Part shown: piece by piece, positions 26,038 to 43,672 of the stretch | How positions within the stretch are numbered: position 1 is the stretch's first letter | Layout: the number at the start of each line of letters is the position of its first letter | Origin: Ancylonema sp. | Lineage: Eukaryota | Length of the DNA stretch: 64,000 nt | Assembly: GCA_050230475.1 (NCBI GenBank) | Contig: JBFLGF010000026.1 | Coordinates: 1-64,000, forward strand | Reading direction: 5' to 3' | Program-made: the position numbers and the translations under genes | Notes under the pieces: model-generated | Seen by the model: only the letters and a program-made list of their open reading frames with translations | Databases searched by the model: none | Told to the model about the DNA's origin: nothing

Positions 26038-27104
26038 GGAGGCGCTGCCACCCAACCCCTAAATCGGGGGGGCCAGCCGCAGTCCAAGGGGGGCTCCGGG
26101 AGGGTGCGGTTGGGGCGCGGTTGGGGGCAACTGGCCAAGGCACACATTATTAGAGATACTTGGATCTGGGGAGCTCAGGAACACGATGGTGAACACCAGA
26201 GGAGTGATTTCGAAAAGGCCAGCCTTCCAGCATACGGAATGTATGCTGGTCTCATAGGGGGAGGGGAGATGGCAAAGGCACAAAAAGTGGTGCAGGCGCT
26301 GCTAGACTTCGATGCTGAAGCTGAAACTTTGGGAGCAGCTAAAAGGCATCAAGATAAACCAGGAAAACAGCTGGGTGCAGCCAGATTCAAGGGGACCAGC
26401 TCAGGGCAGCATTTATCATTGGCAGCTGGCCTACCCGACATAAAAATAGCTGAGGGAGATGCTGATGGGGCGATTTTGCACCTCCAGCAAGAAAAATCTG
26501 TAATTTTGGGATATGGTAGAGAGGAGGCTAAGGAGCCAGGATCACTAAGCATATAATAATTTGGACAACTCAGCAGTCCAGGAGAGCTAGGTAGCTCAGG
26601 CAGCCAAAAAGGCCAGAATTCTGTCCAGAATTCATATAAAGAGCAGTTAAACCCTAGGGTTTTGTAACTAGCAGCGGTTTTTTGAGCTGGTAGTGAGGAT
26701 AGGGTAGGCATTTCCAAAAAGTCATCTCATGTACTCAGCAACGCAATATCAAGAATTTCCAGCCCTTTTTACTATTCTGAGTGTAAAATGGATTTGGCCA
26801 GATCTGAAATCCAAGATTTGGATTTGCAGACAGGGGTTTTGGGGGGGGATGGCATGGATTTGAAACATGATATAGGGGGGCAAGAGCTATCCATAGAACC
26901 ATTGCATCATTGAACTCTGGATTTGGAGCAAAACTAGGGCCTGCAAAGCTGCAGATGGGTGCTCTGGAGGAGAGGCAGCGGTTGGGGGAGGTTGGGGGTG
27001 GGGCGGTTGGGGCCCCACTGAAAACTTCAGAAAATCATTAAAAAAAAATAAAAAAAATACAGGGGGATTTTAGGGGGAATGGTAGACAGCACTCAGGGGT
27101 AGGA

Positions 27105-28570
27105 GTGAGCACTAAGGGTGGGACCTTAAACCCAAAACCTGATTTTTCTAAGAATTTCAAGAAAATCAAGGTTGGGGGGGGATTAAAGGAAAGGGACCAG
27201 TTGCTAGTCTTGGAGCTGCTGAGGGAGTACAATGATCGCTTTGCTTACAGCATGGAGGATCTGGAGCTGTTCAAGGGAGAGCCAATGAGCATTGGGGTGG
27301 TGTCAGAGGGGAGGGTTAACAGGCCGCCGCACAAACTCGGGGAAAAGGAGTGGGAGTTTGTGGAGAAGCAGTGCGAGAAGCTGGAGAAGCTAAAGTTCAT
27401 CAGGAAATCACTTCATACCAAGTATGCTTCGGCTACTGTGGTGGTGACGAAGAAGGACGATGAGGGGAACTACATTAACTTCAAAAAGTGCGGGGACTAT
27501 AGGCTAATTAATGCGCTGACTCCGCTCGACAAGTACCCGCTCCCATTGATAGAGGACATCTTCGATGACATGAAGAGGGCAAAAATCTTCAGCAAGTTGG
27601 ATCTGAGGTCGGGGTACCATCAGATGCCACTACTGGAGGAGGACCGTGCCAAGACAGCATTCTGGGGAGCTAGGCGGATGCTGTGAGAGTGGTGCATGGT
27701 GCCGTTCGGACTGAAGAACGCGCCGCCTTACTTTCAGCGCCAGATGGACCACATTCTGGGGGGGCTGCCATTTGCGAGGTGTTACATCGATGACATCATC
27801 GTGTGGAGCAGCACGCTGGAGGAGCATCTGAGACACCTGCAAGAGGTCTTCAGACGACTTAGAGCAGCAGGGTTGAAGGTGTACCCAGGAAAGTGTTTGT
27901 TTGTTGTAGAGAGCATCGACTTCCTGGGGCACAAAATCACTGCGGCAGGGTTGCAGCCACAAGAGGAGAAAGTGAAGGCAGTCAAGGACCTGCCCGCGCC
28001 TACAAACTTGTCATCGCTAAGGGGGGCGTTGGGGCTATTCAGCTACTATCGCAAGTTTGTACCGCATTTCAGCACCATTGCCTTCCCGCTCAACAAGCTG
28101 TTGCGGAAAGGAGAGGTCTGGGAGGGGGGAACAGAAGGAGGCCTTTTTGAAACTGAAGGAGGCGTTGTGTTCGGCTAGGGTGCTGAGGCTACCAGATGGG
28201 AGCAAGCCATTCTACCTTGCTACTGACTAGAGTCAGAAGGGGATGGGGGCAGTCCTGGGGCACAAGAACGAGCGGGGGCTGGACTACGCTGTTGTAACCC
28301 AGGTGAGAAGAACTATTCCAGTTTTGATGGGGAATGCTTGGCTGCAGTGTGGGCGACTTCACATTTAAGGCAGTACCTGATCGGAAACCAGTTCACACTG
28401 GTGACCGACCATGAGCCAATCTAGTGGATCCTGTCGACAGAGAAGCTGTCTGGGAAGCTGGCGAGGTGGGCTTTGCCGCTGCAAGAGTTCGACTTCAAGG
28501 TGGAGCACAGGGCAGGTGCAGAGAACGGCAACGCACATTGCCTTTCCAATTTCCCCATGGATTCCATGGG
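27105..28570 (+). pseudogene. pol: Gypsy reverse transcriptase and RNase H, with stops and frameshifts
   Basis: CGDYRLIN, DKYPLPLIED, FSKLDLRSGYHQ, KTAFW, PFGLKNAPPYFQR, YIDDIIV, FLGH, LGLFSYYRKFVPHFS. RNase H: FYLATD*S, EKNYSSFDGECLAAVWA, FTLVTDH, ARWALPLQEFDF. Confidence 0.93.
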
Positions 28571-28849
28571 AGGACCTGAGGTACCTGACCGGGAGCGGGG
28601 CGACATCATTTTCCGACCCGAGACTCTTTTGGCTATGATGGCACTAGGAGTGGGGGGTCAAGAGAAGGTGGATGAAACCACTAAAGTCGCCTCAAGAGAG
28701 ATGTGGGCTGACAGGCACTTGTTGGAATACCTGCAAGCAGGCAAGCATAGTGAGAAGTGGGATGCTCTGGAGAGAGATCGGGTGTACGGGAGGGGGACCA
28801 AGTAGAGGTGGCTGGGAACCAGCCTGTACAAGGTGGGAGAGAAAGGAAG

Positions 28850-30135
28850 GATGCTAGTGATCCCTAGACCGCGTGAGAGGGAGGGGTTGGGGAAGAAAGT
28901 GCATGAGGAGATGGGGCACTTTGGGGTCATGAGAATAGCAGACCTACTGGGGAAGACCTATTGGTAAGAGGCATGGTGGAGATGGTGGAAAAAGTGGTGA
29001 AGGAGTGTATGAGCTGCGCTCGGGGCAAAGCCGCTTTCCAGATAGTCTAGGAGGAACCTTCAGCCGCTTCCCATCAAGGGACCTATGTATAGGTGGGGGG
29101 TAGACTTTGCCAATGGAGGAGACAGATAGGGGGAACAGATATGTGTTGGTGTGCATAGAGCATTTCACCAAGTGGGTGGAACTCATCCCAACAACCTCCA
29201 AGAAGGCCGCAGAGGTGGCATACCAGTTCAAGTCTCAGATCTTATCCCGGTATTGCGCACCAAGGGAGGTGATCACAGATCAGGGTAGTGAGTTTCGAGG
29301 AGAGTTCGAGACACTCCTGGCCCGCCATGAGATCACCCACAGGACTGCAGCCAGGGATCACCGGGATCACCCGCAGGGAGATGGGATGGCGGAGAGGATG
29401 GTGCAAACAATGAAGAAAGCACTCGGGAAGTGCTTGCTTGAGGGAGGTGGGGAGCAGTGGGATTAACTGCTGCCTTACGTAGCTATCTACACGCTTTCAA
29501 AGCAGAAGTCATTGGGCTACTCGCCATACTTCTTGCTGTTTGGAAGGGAGCCGATCTTTCAGGCTCGGATCCAGGACGAGGAGGAGAGAGTCTTTGATGA
29601 GACTCAAGGGGAGGAAGCCATGAAAGTGTTCCTAGATAGGAGGGGTGAGATCTTTTAAGAAGTTCTGCCACTGGCATTCACGAACCTGGCGATTGCCCAG
29701 CAGAGGGATGTAGAGAGATACAAGCTAGTCCGTGGAGGAGGGTGGGATAGGCCAAAAGCGAAGTTCAAGATTGGGGACTTTGTGCTGCTGAAGCGGCCGA
29801 CGGCTAGCTCCCTGGAGGTCAACACAAGGCCACACATCTTGAGGATAGTGGAGCTTAGAGACTCAGGGATAGCAATTCTTGGGGGTAGAGATGGGACGAC
29901 AATGCAGGAGCAGGTGAAGCACATTGATCACTGCACGGTACCGGTGGGAGACAAGAGGGTCTACCCGGAGTTGTATGATCGCGGGGAAACAACACACTGC
30001 CGGGTTTGTGGGTTGCGGTCCTACCCGAAGCGGATGGTGTTGTGCGACAAATGCAACCAGGGGTATCACACGTGGTGTTTGACACCACCCTTGGTAGGAG
30101 TGCCGGAGGGAAGCTGGACTTTTCCTCGACACTAG
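28850..30135 (+). pseudogene. Gypsy integrase (HHCC, DDE core, GPY/F-like region) with C-terminal PHD finger (29998-30132)
   Basis: VHEEMGHFG...YW...VKECMSC; CIEHFTKWVELIP; ITDQGSEF; HPQGDGMAERMVQT; FKIGDFVLLK; then CRVC..RMVLCDKCNQGYHTWCLTPPLVGVPEGSW (C4HC3 pattern with the last ligand pair changed to F and H). Confidence 0.88.
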
Positions 30136-30177
30136 GTGAGCTACTTACTTCAGAGTGAAGTAGTCACAAAAGACTCT

Positions 30178-30513
30178 ACATCGGAACCATGCAATGTAAC
30201 AGCGGAACCATTGCATGAAAGAGCATTGAACCCCACATCGGAACCATGCGATGAAACATCGGACACATTGCATGAGAGGGGCTATGGTGATAATGGTGTT
30301 CCATATCACAGGATATGCAATGGAATTGGCTGATGCCTTTGCCGGAGGTATCTAAGACCTCCATAAGAGGCATGAAGACCTCCATGAGGGGCAAGTGCAA
30401 TGGATTGGGCATGTGCCAATGCCGGAGGCATTGAAGACTTCCATAAGGGGCAGTTATGCAATGGATTGGCGGATGCCTTTGCCGGAGGCATTCAAGACCT
30501 CCATGAGGGGCAA
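30178..30513 (+). repeat. Two short tandem-repeat arrays in the 3' untranslated part of the gypsy element
   Basis: 57-bp unit ACATCGGAACCATGC... at 30178 and 30235. ~60-bp unit TGCAATGGA..GCC..TGCCGGAGG..AAGAC.TCCAT.AGGGGCA at 30316, 30396 and 30457. Confidence 0.85.
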
Positions 30514-31208
30514 TAATCAACCTTTCTGCAGGGAGTGTGATTGGTCAACTTCTATGAAAAGTGTGACACTAACCTAACCTCAATTCACTAAGTCAATAAA
30601 AACATTGAGAGTGAGAGGAGGTTGGCGCATGTAGCGCGGAGGCTCAATCAAGTTTGAGGCCTAGAGACCAAAGGTGGATCCTTTGGTGGTAACAAACTAA
30701 ACTTGCGGGACTTGTTTGGGTGTGGGTGATTTGACCAACTCCTCTTGGATAAGTGGGTGAGGGGCTAGCTACCCCAAACCCACCAATATCTTGGAGGAGT
30801 AGGTGTTCTCTAACCATTGTGCAAACGGTGTTTGGCAATGATGGGAAGTGCAGATCAAACATATTTTTTTCTCGGTGATTCCGAGCCGGGGTCGCGGGAG
30901 CTTTTCCCGTCTTGGGGGGGGGAGTGAGCATTAATTTGAAGCGCGTTGTGGTCGCGCGAGTTGCGGCACTGCATGCCGTCTAGGCGCGGTGATGGGGAGC
31001 GGTGCTCGGTAACTGCATGCCGTCTAGGCGCGGTTATGCGAGTACGGAGTGTGCCTAGGGAGATGGTCTTGCTATGTGTGATAGCTTGTACGGTCGAGTG
31101 GACCTTGTTATAGTCACGATGTGTACGGTGTGCCTATACGGTGTAGTGCTTACACGTGTAGCCGTACAACGAATCGATATAGGTACGACAAACAACGCTA
31201 CTCTCAGG

Positions 31209-31887
31209 TAGGGTTGTGAATTTTACATTTACGTATTTTTTTACATGACGTAATACGTCAATTACCGTTTTTTACGGTAATTTTACCGTAATCTAACAAA
31301 TTACATCGATATGCTCAATTACATAATACATGGCCAAACTGGAGATTACACGTAATATGCAAGGATTTCAATTAAGGTTTTTGTAAAAAAAAAAAAAAAA
31401 AAAAAGATGTGTGAAAAGTTTTTCTGTTTCGTTCCCCGTTGTAGATCGTGTATTTTCTAATCAATACTAGAACTATGTAGTTTGCATATTATTTGTCCAA
31501 CATGGACGGAGTTCTTGATGTTATAACCTAGATGTGTACCAAAATAGCATATCTTCTCTTCTCTTCTCTTCCCGTTGAAATCGGTACACCATGTTTTTCC
31601 TTTCCACCCATATTTTAGTGCATCATCTCCCCTCAAGTCCAATATTCCATTTCTTCCTCAACCTACTTATAGTGCTACTTGTGGCCATTTCTCCTTCACA
31701 AAATGCAATGTTAACTTTACATTTTAATCGTAAAGACTGTAAATTGGTAATTATCTCAATTACGGTTACATGTAAGGCCATCGTCAAATTACATGGGTTT
31801 TTGTCAAATGACGATATTATGGTAATTCGTACATTACGGTTGTATTACTTACGTCGAAACCCGGATTACGTTATATTTACAACCCTA
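31209..31887. mobile_element. Non-autonomous hAT element with intact 8-bp target-site duplication
   Basis: TIR TAGGGTTGTGAA / TTTACAACCCTA. TSD CTCTCAGG at 31201-31208 and 31888-31895. Subterminal TTAC/GTAA motif arrays. Confidence 0.92.
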
Positions 31888-32329
31888 CTCTCAGGCCACA
31901 ATGGCTGTTCGAGCCGTATCTACGGTCCCCGTAAGTTCTGACGGCGGAATCTCGGGAAAATCTCCATTGGCATTAGGAAATTACATATGGCAGTAGGGGC
32001 TCCCTTATCTTCATAGCTTAGATAAGGGGTTATCCATACACTGCTAAATTGCTAAGGTAGACATGCTTTCTGAAATGTTTTCATACTCCACATTTGGAAC
32101 GAGAATTAAGCAAGTATTGTCTGAAACGTATAAGAAAATCAAAACATCTTAAGTGACAAACAAGGCGAGTACGAATGGAAGCATTGTTGATTGCGTATTC
32201 ACTCAATAATGAAGTCACCATATTTTCATATTTTTGCCATATTTTCTCTACACATTGACACTTGTTTTACTACAACCACGAAGTAATGAAGTAAATAAAA
32301 ATTGTCATCACAACTTGGAGGGGACCTTA

Positions 32330-32710
32330 GCGTGCCTAAGTAAACTGTCGTGCAAGAAACTGATGGCCTTTATAAAACCATTCATACAATATTTATATCG
32401 CTGCATCATCATCTCCCTTCGAAGTGGCGCATGTTTCATCATTTAGGACCACAAGTGTGGGCATAAATATTTCCGGAAGCTTCCCTCTCGTCAAGAGTTC
32501 AGGCGCACTTTGAGATGCCTCGTTCATTGTCGCAACGCCTTCCAATTCGATCTCAATAGCCCACATTTTTGCTTCCGCATTAAAATCTTTTTGGTCGAAG
32601 ATGAGGCCGGGAAATGTGATGTCTTCAATCTCGTGAACCTCGGGTGCGGATATGGGCGCGCGCTTAAGGCAAGGGAAACGCTCTACAATTGATGCCAAAT
32701 GTCCGGCCAT
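32330..32710 (-). repeat. Dispersed repeat with protein-like minus-strand frame; diverged second copy at ~51055-51268
   Basis: GTCGTGCAAG.AA.TGATGGC...TGTTTCATCATTTAGGA...AAATATTTCC..AAGCTTCCCT...CTTTGAGATGCCTC occurs at both loci. It overlaps ORF 32393-32710. Confidence 0.6.
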
Positions 32711-32898
32711 CCCTGACGTGCCAGAGAAGGTTGTTGGGAGAACAAACCGGTCTTCACTTTCACAGTTCTGGTCACACGCTCCGGGTCAAGCCGGTTCCGC
32801 GCCTTCAAATGCACGATCCTCGATATCGAGCAAAACCGCTCGTTGCACGCAGCATTCACGCAAATTTAAAACACCCGTAACGCGAGTCTTGCGAGTTC

Positions 32899-33041
32899 CA
32901 TAGTTGCACGGGTCGGTGGACCGGGGTTCCGAGGTTCCAAGGTCCCGGTTCCGGACGAGGGACGTGTCCCGGACTAGGACGTGTCCCATACGTGTCCGGA
33001 ACGTGTCCGGAGATTCCAGGACACGTCCGGGGCCAACTATG
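32899..33041. mobile_element. Short CATAGTTG-ended MITE (hAT-like family also at 43673-44644)
   Basis: Termini CATAGTTGC / GCCAACTATG; internal ACGTGTCC repeats. The left end matches the reverse complement of 44581-44644. Confidence 0.6.
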
Positions 33042-33335
33042 ATCTTAGGGGAGGGATTCATACCGTAATGCACACAATGGTAACTCATCGACTGTTCAAC
33101 TGACCTCATGCCTACACACGTTGTGTGTCATGCACATTGTTTGCAATATCAAAATTGTAAACGGTCGACACCCATACAACCGTCTTGGCGTGAGCAACCC
33201 ATGCGTACATCCCTCTTTTCCGCGAATTTAAATTAAGTGATCACATTGTGTGACAAAAAATATTCGAGAATTTATTTTTCAAAAACTGTACAAACATGCA
33301 CATGATTTTGTGTAATGATCACAACTACACTAACT

Positions 33336-33573
33336 ATGTAGTGGCCATACATAATGACCCGGGTTTTTTACATGAATAAATCTAATTGATAAACCACTAT
33401 TTGACCCAACCCGCGCACCCAATAGAAAATTCAGAAAAATCCTGGAAAACATTTATTATCTGGTGACCCACATCATAGAATGACCCTTAGAAAAACAAAA
33501 AACAAAATATTTAATTTCACCCGACCTACTGTTTTCATAATTATTTGAGGGTCACTATGTATGGCCAGTACGG
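33336..33573. mobile_element. TA-type MITE (same family as 62511-62777, opposite orientation)
   Basis: TIRs TGGCCATACATAATGACCC / GGGTCACTATGTATGGCCAGTACGG followed by TA. Confidence 0.7.
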
Positions 33574-33871
33574 TAGTTTGGATACAATTCAGGGTTGGCG
33601 TACGTCTTTGCAACGGAATGCATCAAAAATCCTTGATGTAGAAGTGTACAAGCCGAAGGAGAAGCCTACGAAAAGATAGGCTTCGCGCTACTAAAGTTAT
33701 CTTTGATATGTACTCCTAGAGGTGTGAAACGCATTTGAGAAATGATATACTACCTAAACAAAAGTATTCACGTTTCTCAGCTGACAACCTTGCAAAAAAA
33801 ATCGCCTCAATTGTGTACAAGAACCCTAAATATAATGTTTGGTCTCCAAAACCATGTGCGGGTCCCTCACA

Positions 33872-36106
33872 CTATGGCAAAAGCAAAATGTCACCTGCAA
33901 GGCATGATATTTTCGACATTTAAAGGCAACAGAATTGGCCACATACTATTGTACAATCCAAATCACATTGATGACAACTTCATGGAAACTCCCTCCAAAA
34001 AGGAAAGGGAAAAAAAGGAAAAGAAGAAATAATGAACATAAGACTTTTGACGAACTTACATGATGTTCAAACAATAGCCAAAAAGATAGCAGCTCTTGAC
34101 ATGCTTCATAGCACGGGAAGCCAACAACATTGCACATTTGGATAAAAGTTAAGAGTCACATCAACACATTCAGAGGTCCAACATGGTTCTTGTTGTGGTC
34201 ATATCAATATTATTACCTGGGTTGATTTGATTGGGATCCTTGATGTTGTTGACCTTGAGAATATCATCAACCGTTAGGTTGAACTTTTTTGATATTTGGT
34301 ACAAAGTGTCCCCCTGCGAAAAAAGGAGAGAATGTTTAACAAAGAAAACCATCCCAGAAGAAGAACACACACGATCTACACCCATGAAAATGCAAAAACA
34401 CCAATTCTCTAACACGTACTCAAAGCTCATATCTCAGGAGGACAAAGACCAACAAAATAGAAGTTAAAAGCAAGCTATCGATCAAGGTTTTATATTTAGT
34501 GTTTATTTCTATTTATCTATATAATGATGATTATGTATTACCTTCACAATGACATAGGTCCTTGGCACCCAAATCTTTTGTTCTGGGTATATGTCATCGC
34601 CTTTGAGGTCGTTCACAGTCTTCAAAACAACAACGGAGGAGCCGAAGTGTTGAGCAATGGACGTCAACGTGTCTCCTTTCTTCACCTCGTACACTTGCCC
34701 GCTTTCAGATGCTAGTAGCAGTCAACCACCCACGAAGAAAGAAAAAAACGAACAATCAACAAAGCTTTCAGCAAACGAGTCCTCTCACGGACCTCTATCT
34801 ACATATATTTTTCGTCGTATTCGAGGTGAACACCGAAAACACATTCCTGACACCACTCGTATTGCCCCAAGTAGAGACCAGACACAATTGAGAGGAAGTG
34901 ATACACTAACTCCGAAAAGTGATGAAGTCGAAAGGTTTTAGAGCACAAGGTACAATCTGGGCCATTGACAGTGGTCGGAAATTGCTTGAGTTATTGTCAG
35001 CCTCGAGACCACGCTACCTATACGAGGTTTCTGCATGTCATCCTGGGCGTGCGCAAAAATCTATCCATCCCACCATTTGAAGCTGCAGCTTTGTCGCCCA
35101 CCCCATGATTGAAAGTTTTCGCGCCTAAAAGAAGAGCACCAGCTCCAGCCGCAGCAGCGAATTTCAGAAATCGGAACTCGTCGCTGCAGAGACCACAGAG
35201 CTGCCACAGTCTCAGGAAGGAAGGAAGGAAGCACAAATTGCACAGAAGTTGTACCACAGCTTACTCTATGCTAGTACGCTCACTTTCAAAAGTCAATAAA
35301 AATCCAGCGTTGCCCCGGTACTAGTTTGTCAGGCACGATCACAGGGGGGTGCAGTGCCGGAAAAAAATAGACACTCTCTGACAGTGTAACCTAAGCAACA
35401 TTAGGCAACGTAGTCGTATTCCGTTCTATAGTTCTCCCTCATTGATCGCTCTACATCATTCACTCAGCCCGCATTTAAGGTTCAAAAATATATTCAGTCG
35501 CTGTAAAATTAATGAGGGGGCTTTCGGCTCGATGTAAAAAGACGACAGACACACACGTGAATGAATATACACAGGAATACCAAGTAACCAGAGCGGATGT
35601 GCATTTACAAATCGTGGAATTTCAAGTGACGACCAGGACGCATCAGTTGTGAAGAATTAGCAAGGAATTACAAAATTAAGCGTGAAATTCAGGCACCCGC
35701 TGTACCCGCTGGATTTTTGAAGATAGCTGTGATCGGCCATCGAATGAAAAAGCAGCAACTTCTAGGCACAGACTGAATTTGAAACGAGAATGTCTGTCTG
35801 TCTCACTGGAATATGATATGTGAATGAAGTCTACAGTGAATAAGGTATCTGGATTTCCTATCTCTGAAATATGGTATGGGGATGTCAACGACTTCTTTCT
35901 CGGATTGAATAACTGAGCTGGCAGTACTCCTCCGCTCATGCCACCTCTGCTTCCGGCGTCATCTTCCACCCTGCAACTACCGCCACGCGTCACATCAAAA
36001 GAAAAAAACGTACGGCTCTCGATGTCCCCGGCACCCGTACAACGCCCTCGATTTGAATCCCGCCAAATTCACCCAGCCCCTCAGTCGTCGCGGGCTGGGC
36101 CGCCAT
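33872..36106 (-). CDS. Tandem LysM-domain protein with a hydrophobic anchor N-terminal to the LysMs; multi-exon, 5' exons and start tentative
   Basis: Spliced exons 34711-34542 (QVYEVKKGDTLTSIAQHFGSSVVVLKTVNDLKGDDIYPEQKIWVPRTYVIVK), 34313-34217 (GDTLYQISKKFNLTVDDILKVNNIKDPNQINP) and 33894-33872 (GDILLLP*) give two complete LysM repeats with GT-AG junctions. An upstream exon at ~35102-35183 reads FLKFAAAAGAGALLLGAK. Confidence 0.8.
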
Positions 36107-36558
36107 TCAGTTGCCTGCCAGCTCGCAGCCCGGTCGGAACTGGGACCGTTAGTTTGTGCCCGGGGCTGGCGGTACGGCCCATACGGGCCTTTTCCGGAAT
36201 TACCAGCCCGTCAACTTTTTGTTTCCTAGCCGGCCGACATTAAACAAGCCCAACGCCCATCCACCAGCCTCGTTTCAGACGCGCTGGGGCTGGGGCCATG
36301 ACCCACGAGCTGGGCTCCGAGTTCTCGCACTGCTCGTGCAGTGTGAGAAAGCTCGCTCGTTCTTGGAACCAGCAAAGCAGCTCATGACGAGATGAAATGT
36401 TAGCCGACGTTGGAACAGAAGCAAATAACCCTGCATCTGCGCCATTCTGTCGACGGGACTGCTTCGTTGGAGGAGAATTTGCCGGCTTCCGAGCCGCTGC
36501 TCTATGCACCTTCTGAGCGGCAAATTCACATCGAACGGTTCTCTACACGCTTGTTGAA

Positions 36559-43163
<6,605 letters not shown>

Positions 43164-43672
43164 CGTGGTGGGCTCATGGGCTCTGTGCCCCCTTGCACGT
43201 TTGTTGGTTGGCATAGGGTGGTTTGGGCATGCTTGAGACTTGTTTGTTTTGCGAGGAATTTATTATTTCATTGTTGTGGCCCGTTACTAAAAGCATCCTC
43301 ATTATGCATTTGTTTTTTATTGATTAGACTTTAGGACAACGAGTGTTTGGTGCTTTGATTGACAATTTGTACTCCGAAGACGGATTTGTTGTTTTATGCT
43401 AGGTAGCAAACGTTATATTTTGTTTGTTTTCATTGTACATGTGAGTGCATAGAATGTCATGAAACGACGAAGACACTGAGTTGAAGAATCACACCCAGCC
43501 ACAAGCACGTTACATACCATCTACAACGTAGTGGATGTGGCATGGTGAAAGGTTGGGGCAATTGTGTCTCAAAACCCAAATGCCTCAAGCCTCGAGCCCC
43601 AATCATCACCATCGTTAATCTACTGCCGTCATAGGTGTTGTCATTCTCGCGTCAACACAAGCCATTGTGACC

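Larger units (their letters stand above)
22775..31942 (+). mobile_element. Decayed Ty3/gypsy LTR retrotransposon carrying a DNMT3-like methyltransferase and an integrase-fused PHD finger; outer limits approximate
   Basis: Co-oriented gag-like fragment, C5-DNMT, RT, RNase H, integrase and PHD (RT-RH-INT order is gypsy). Purine tract at 30914-30924. No matching LTR pair could be found by eye. Confidence 0.85.

Noticed and set aside
26296..26325. ALLDFDA as a decayed aspartic protease motif (ALLDSGA via two transitions)
   Set aside because: The downstream sequence lacks protease-like hydrophobic strands and an ILG motif; too weak to call without a family consensus.
30316..30513. Possible CRISPR or guide-RNA array next to the retroelement
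   Set aside because: Whole units are repeated with no unique spacers; these are ordinary tandem repeats.
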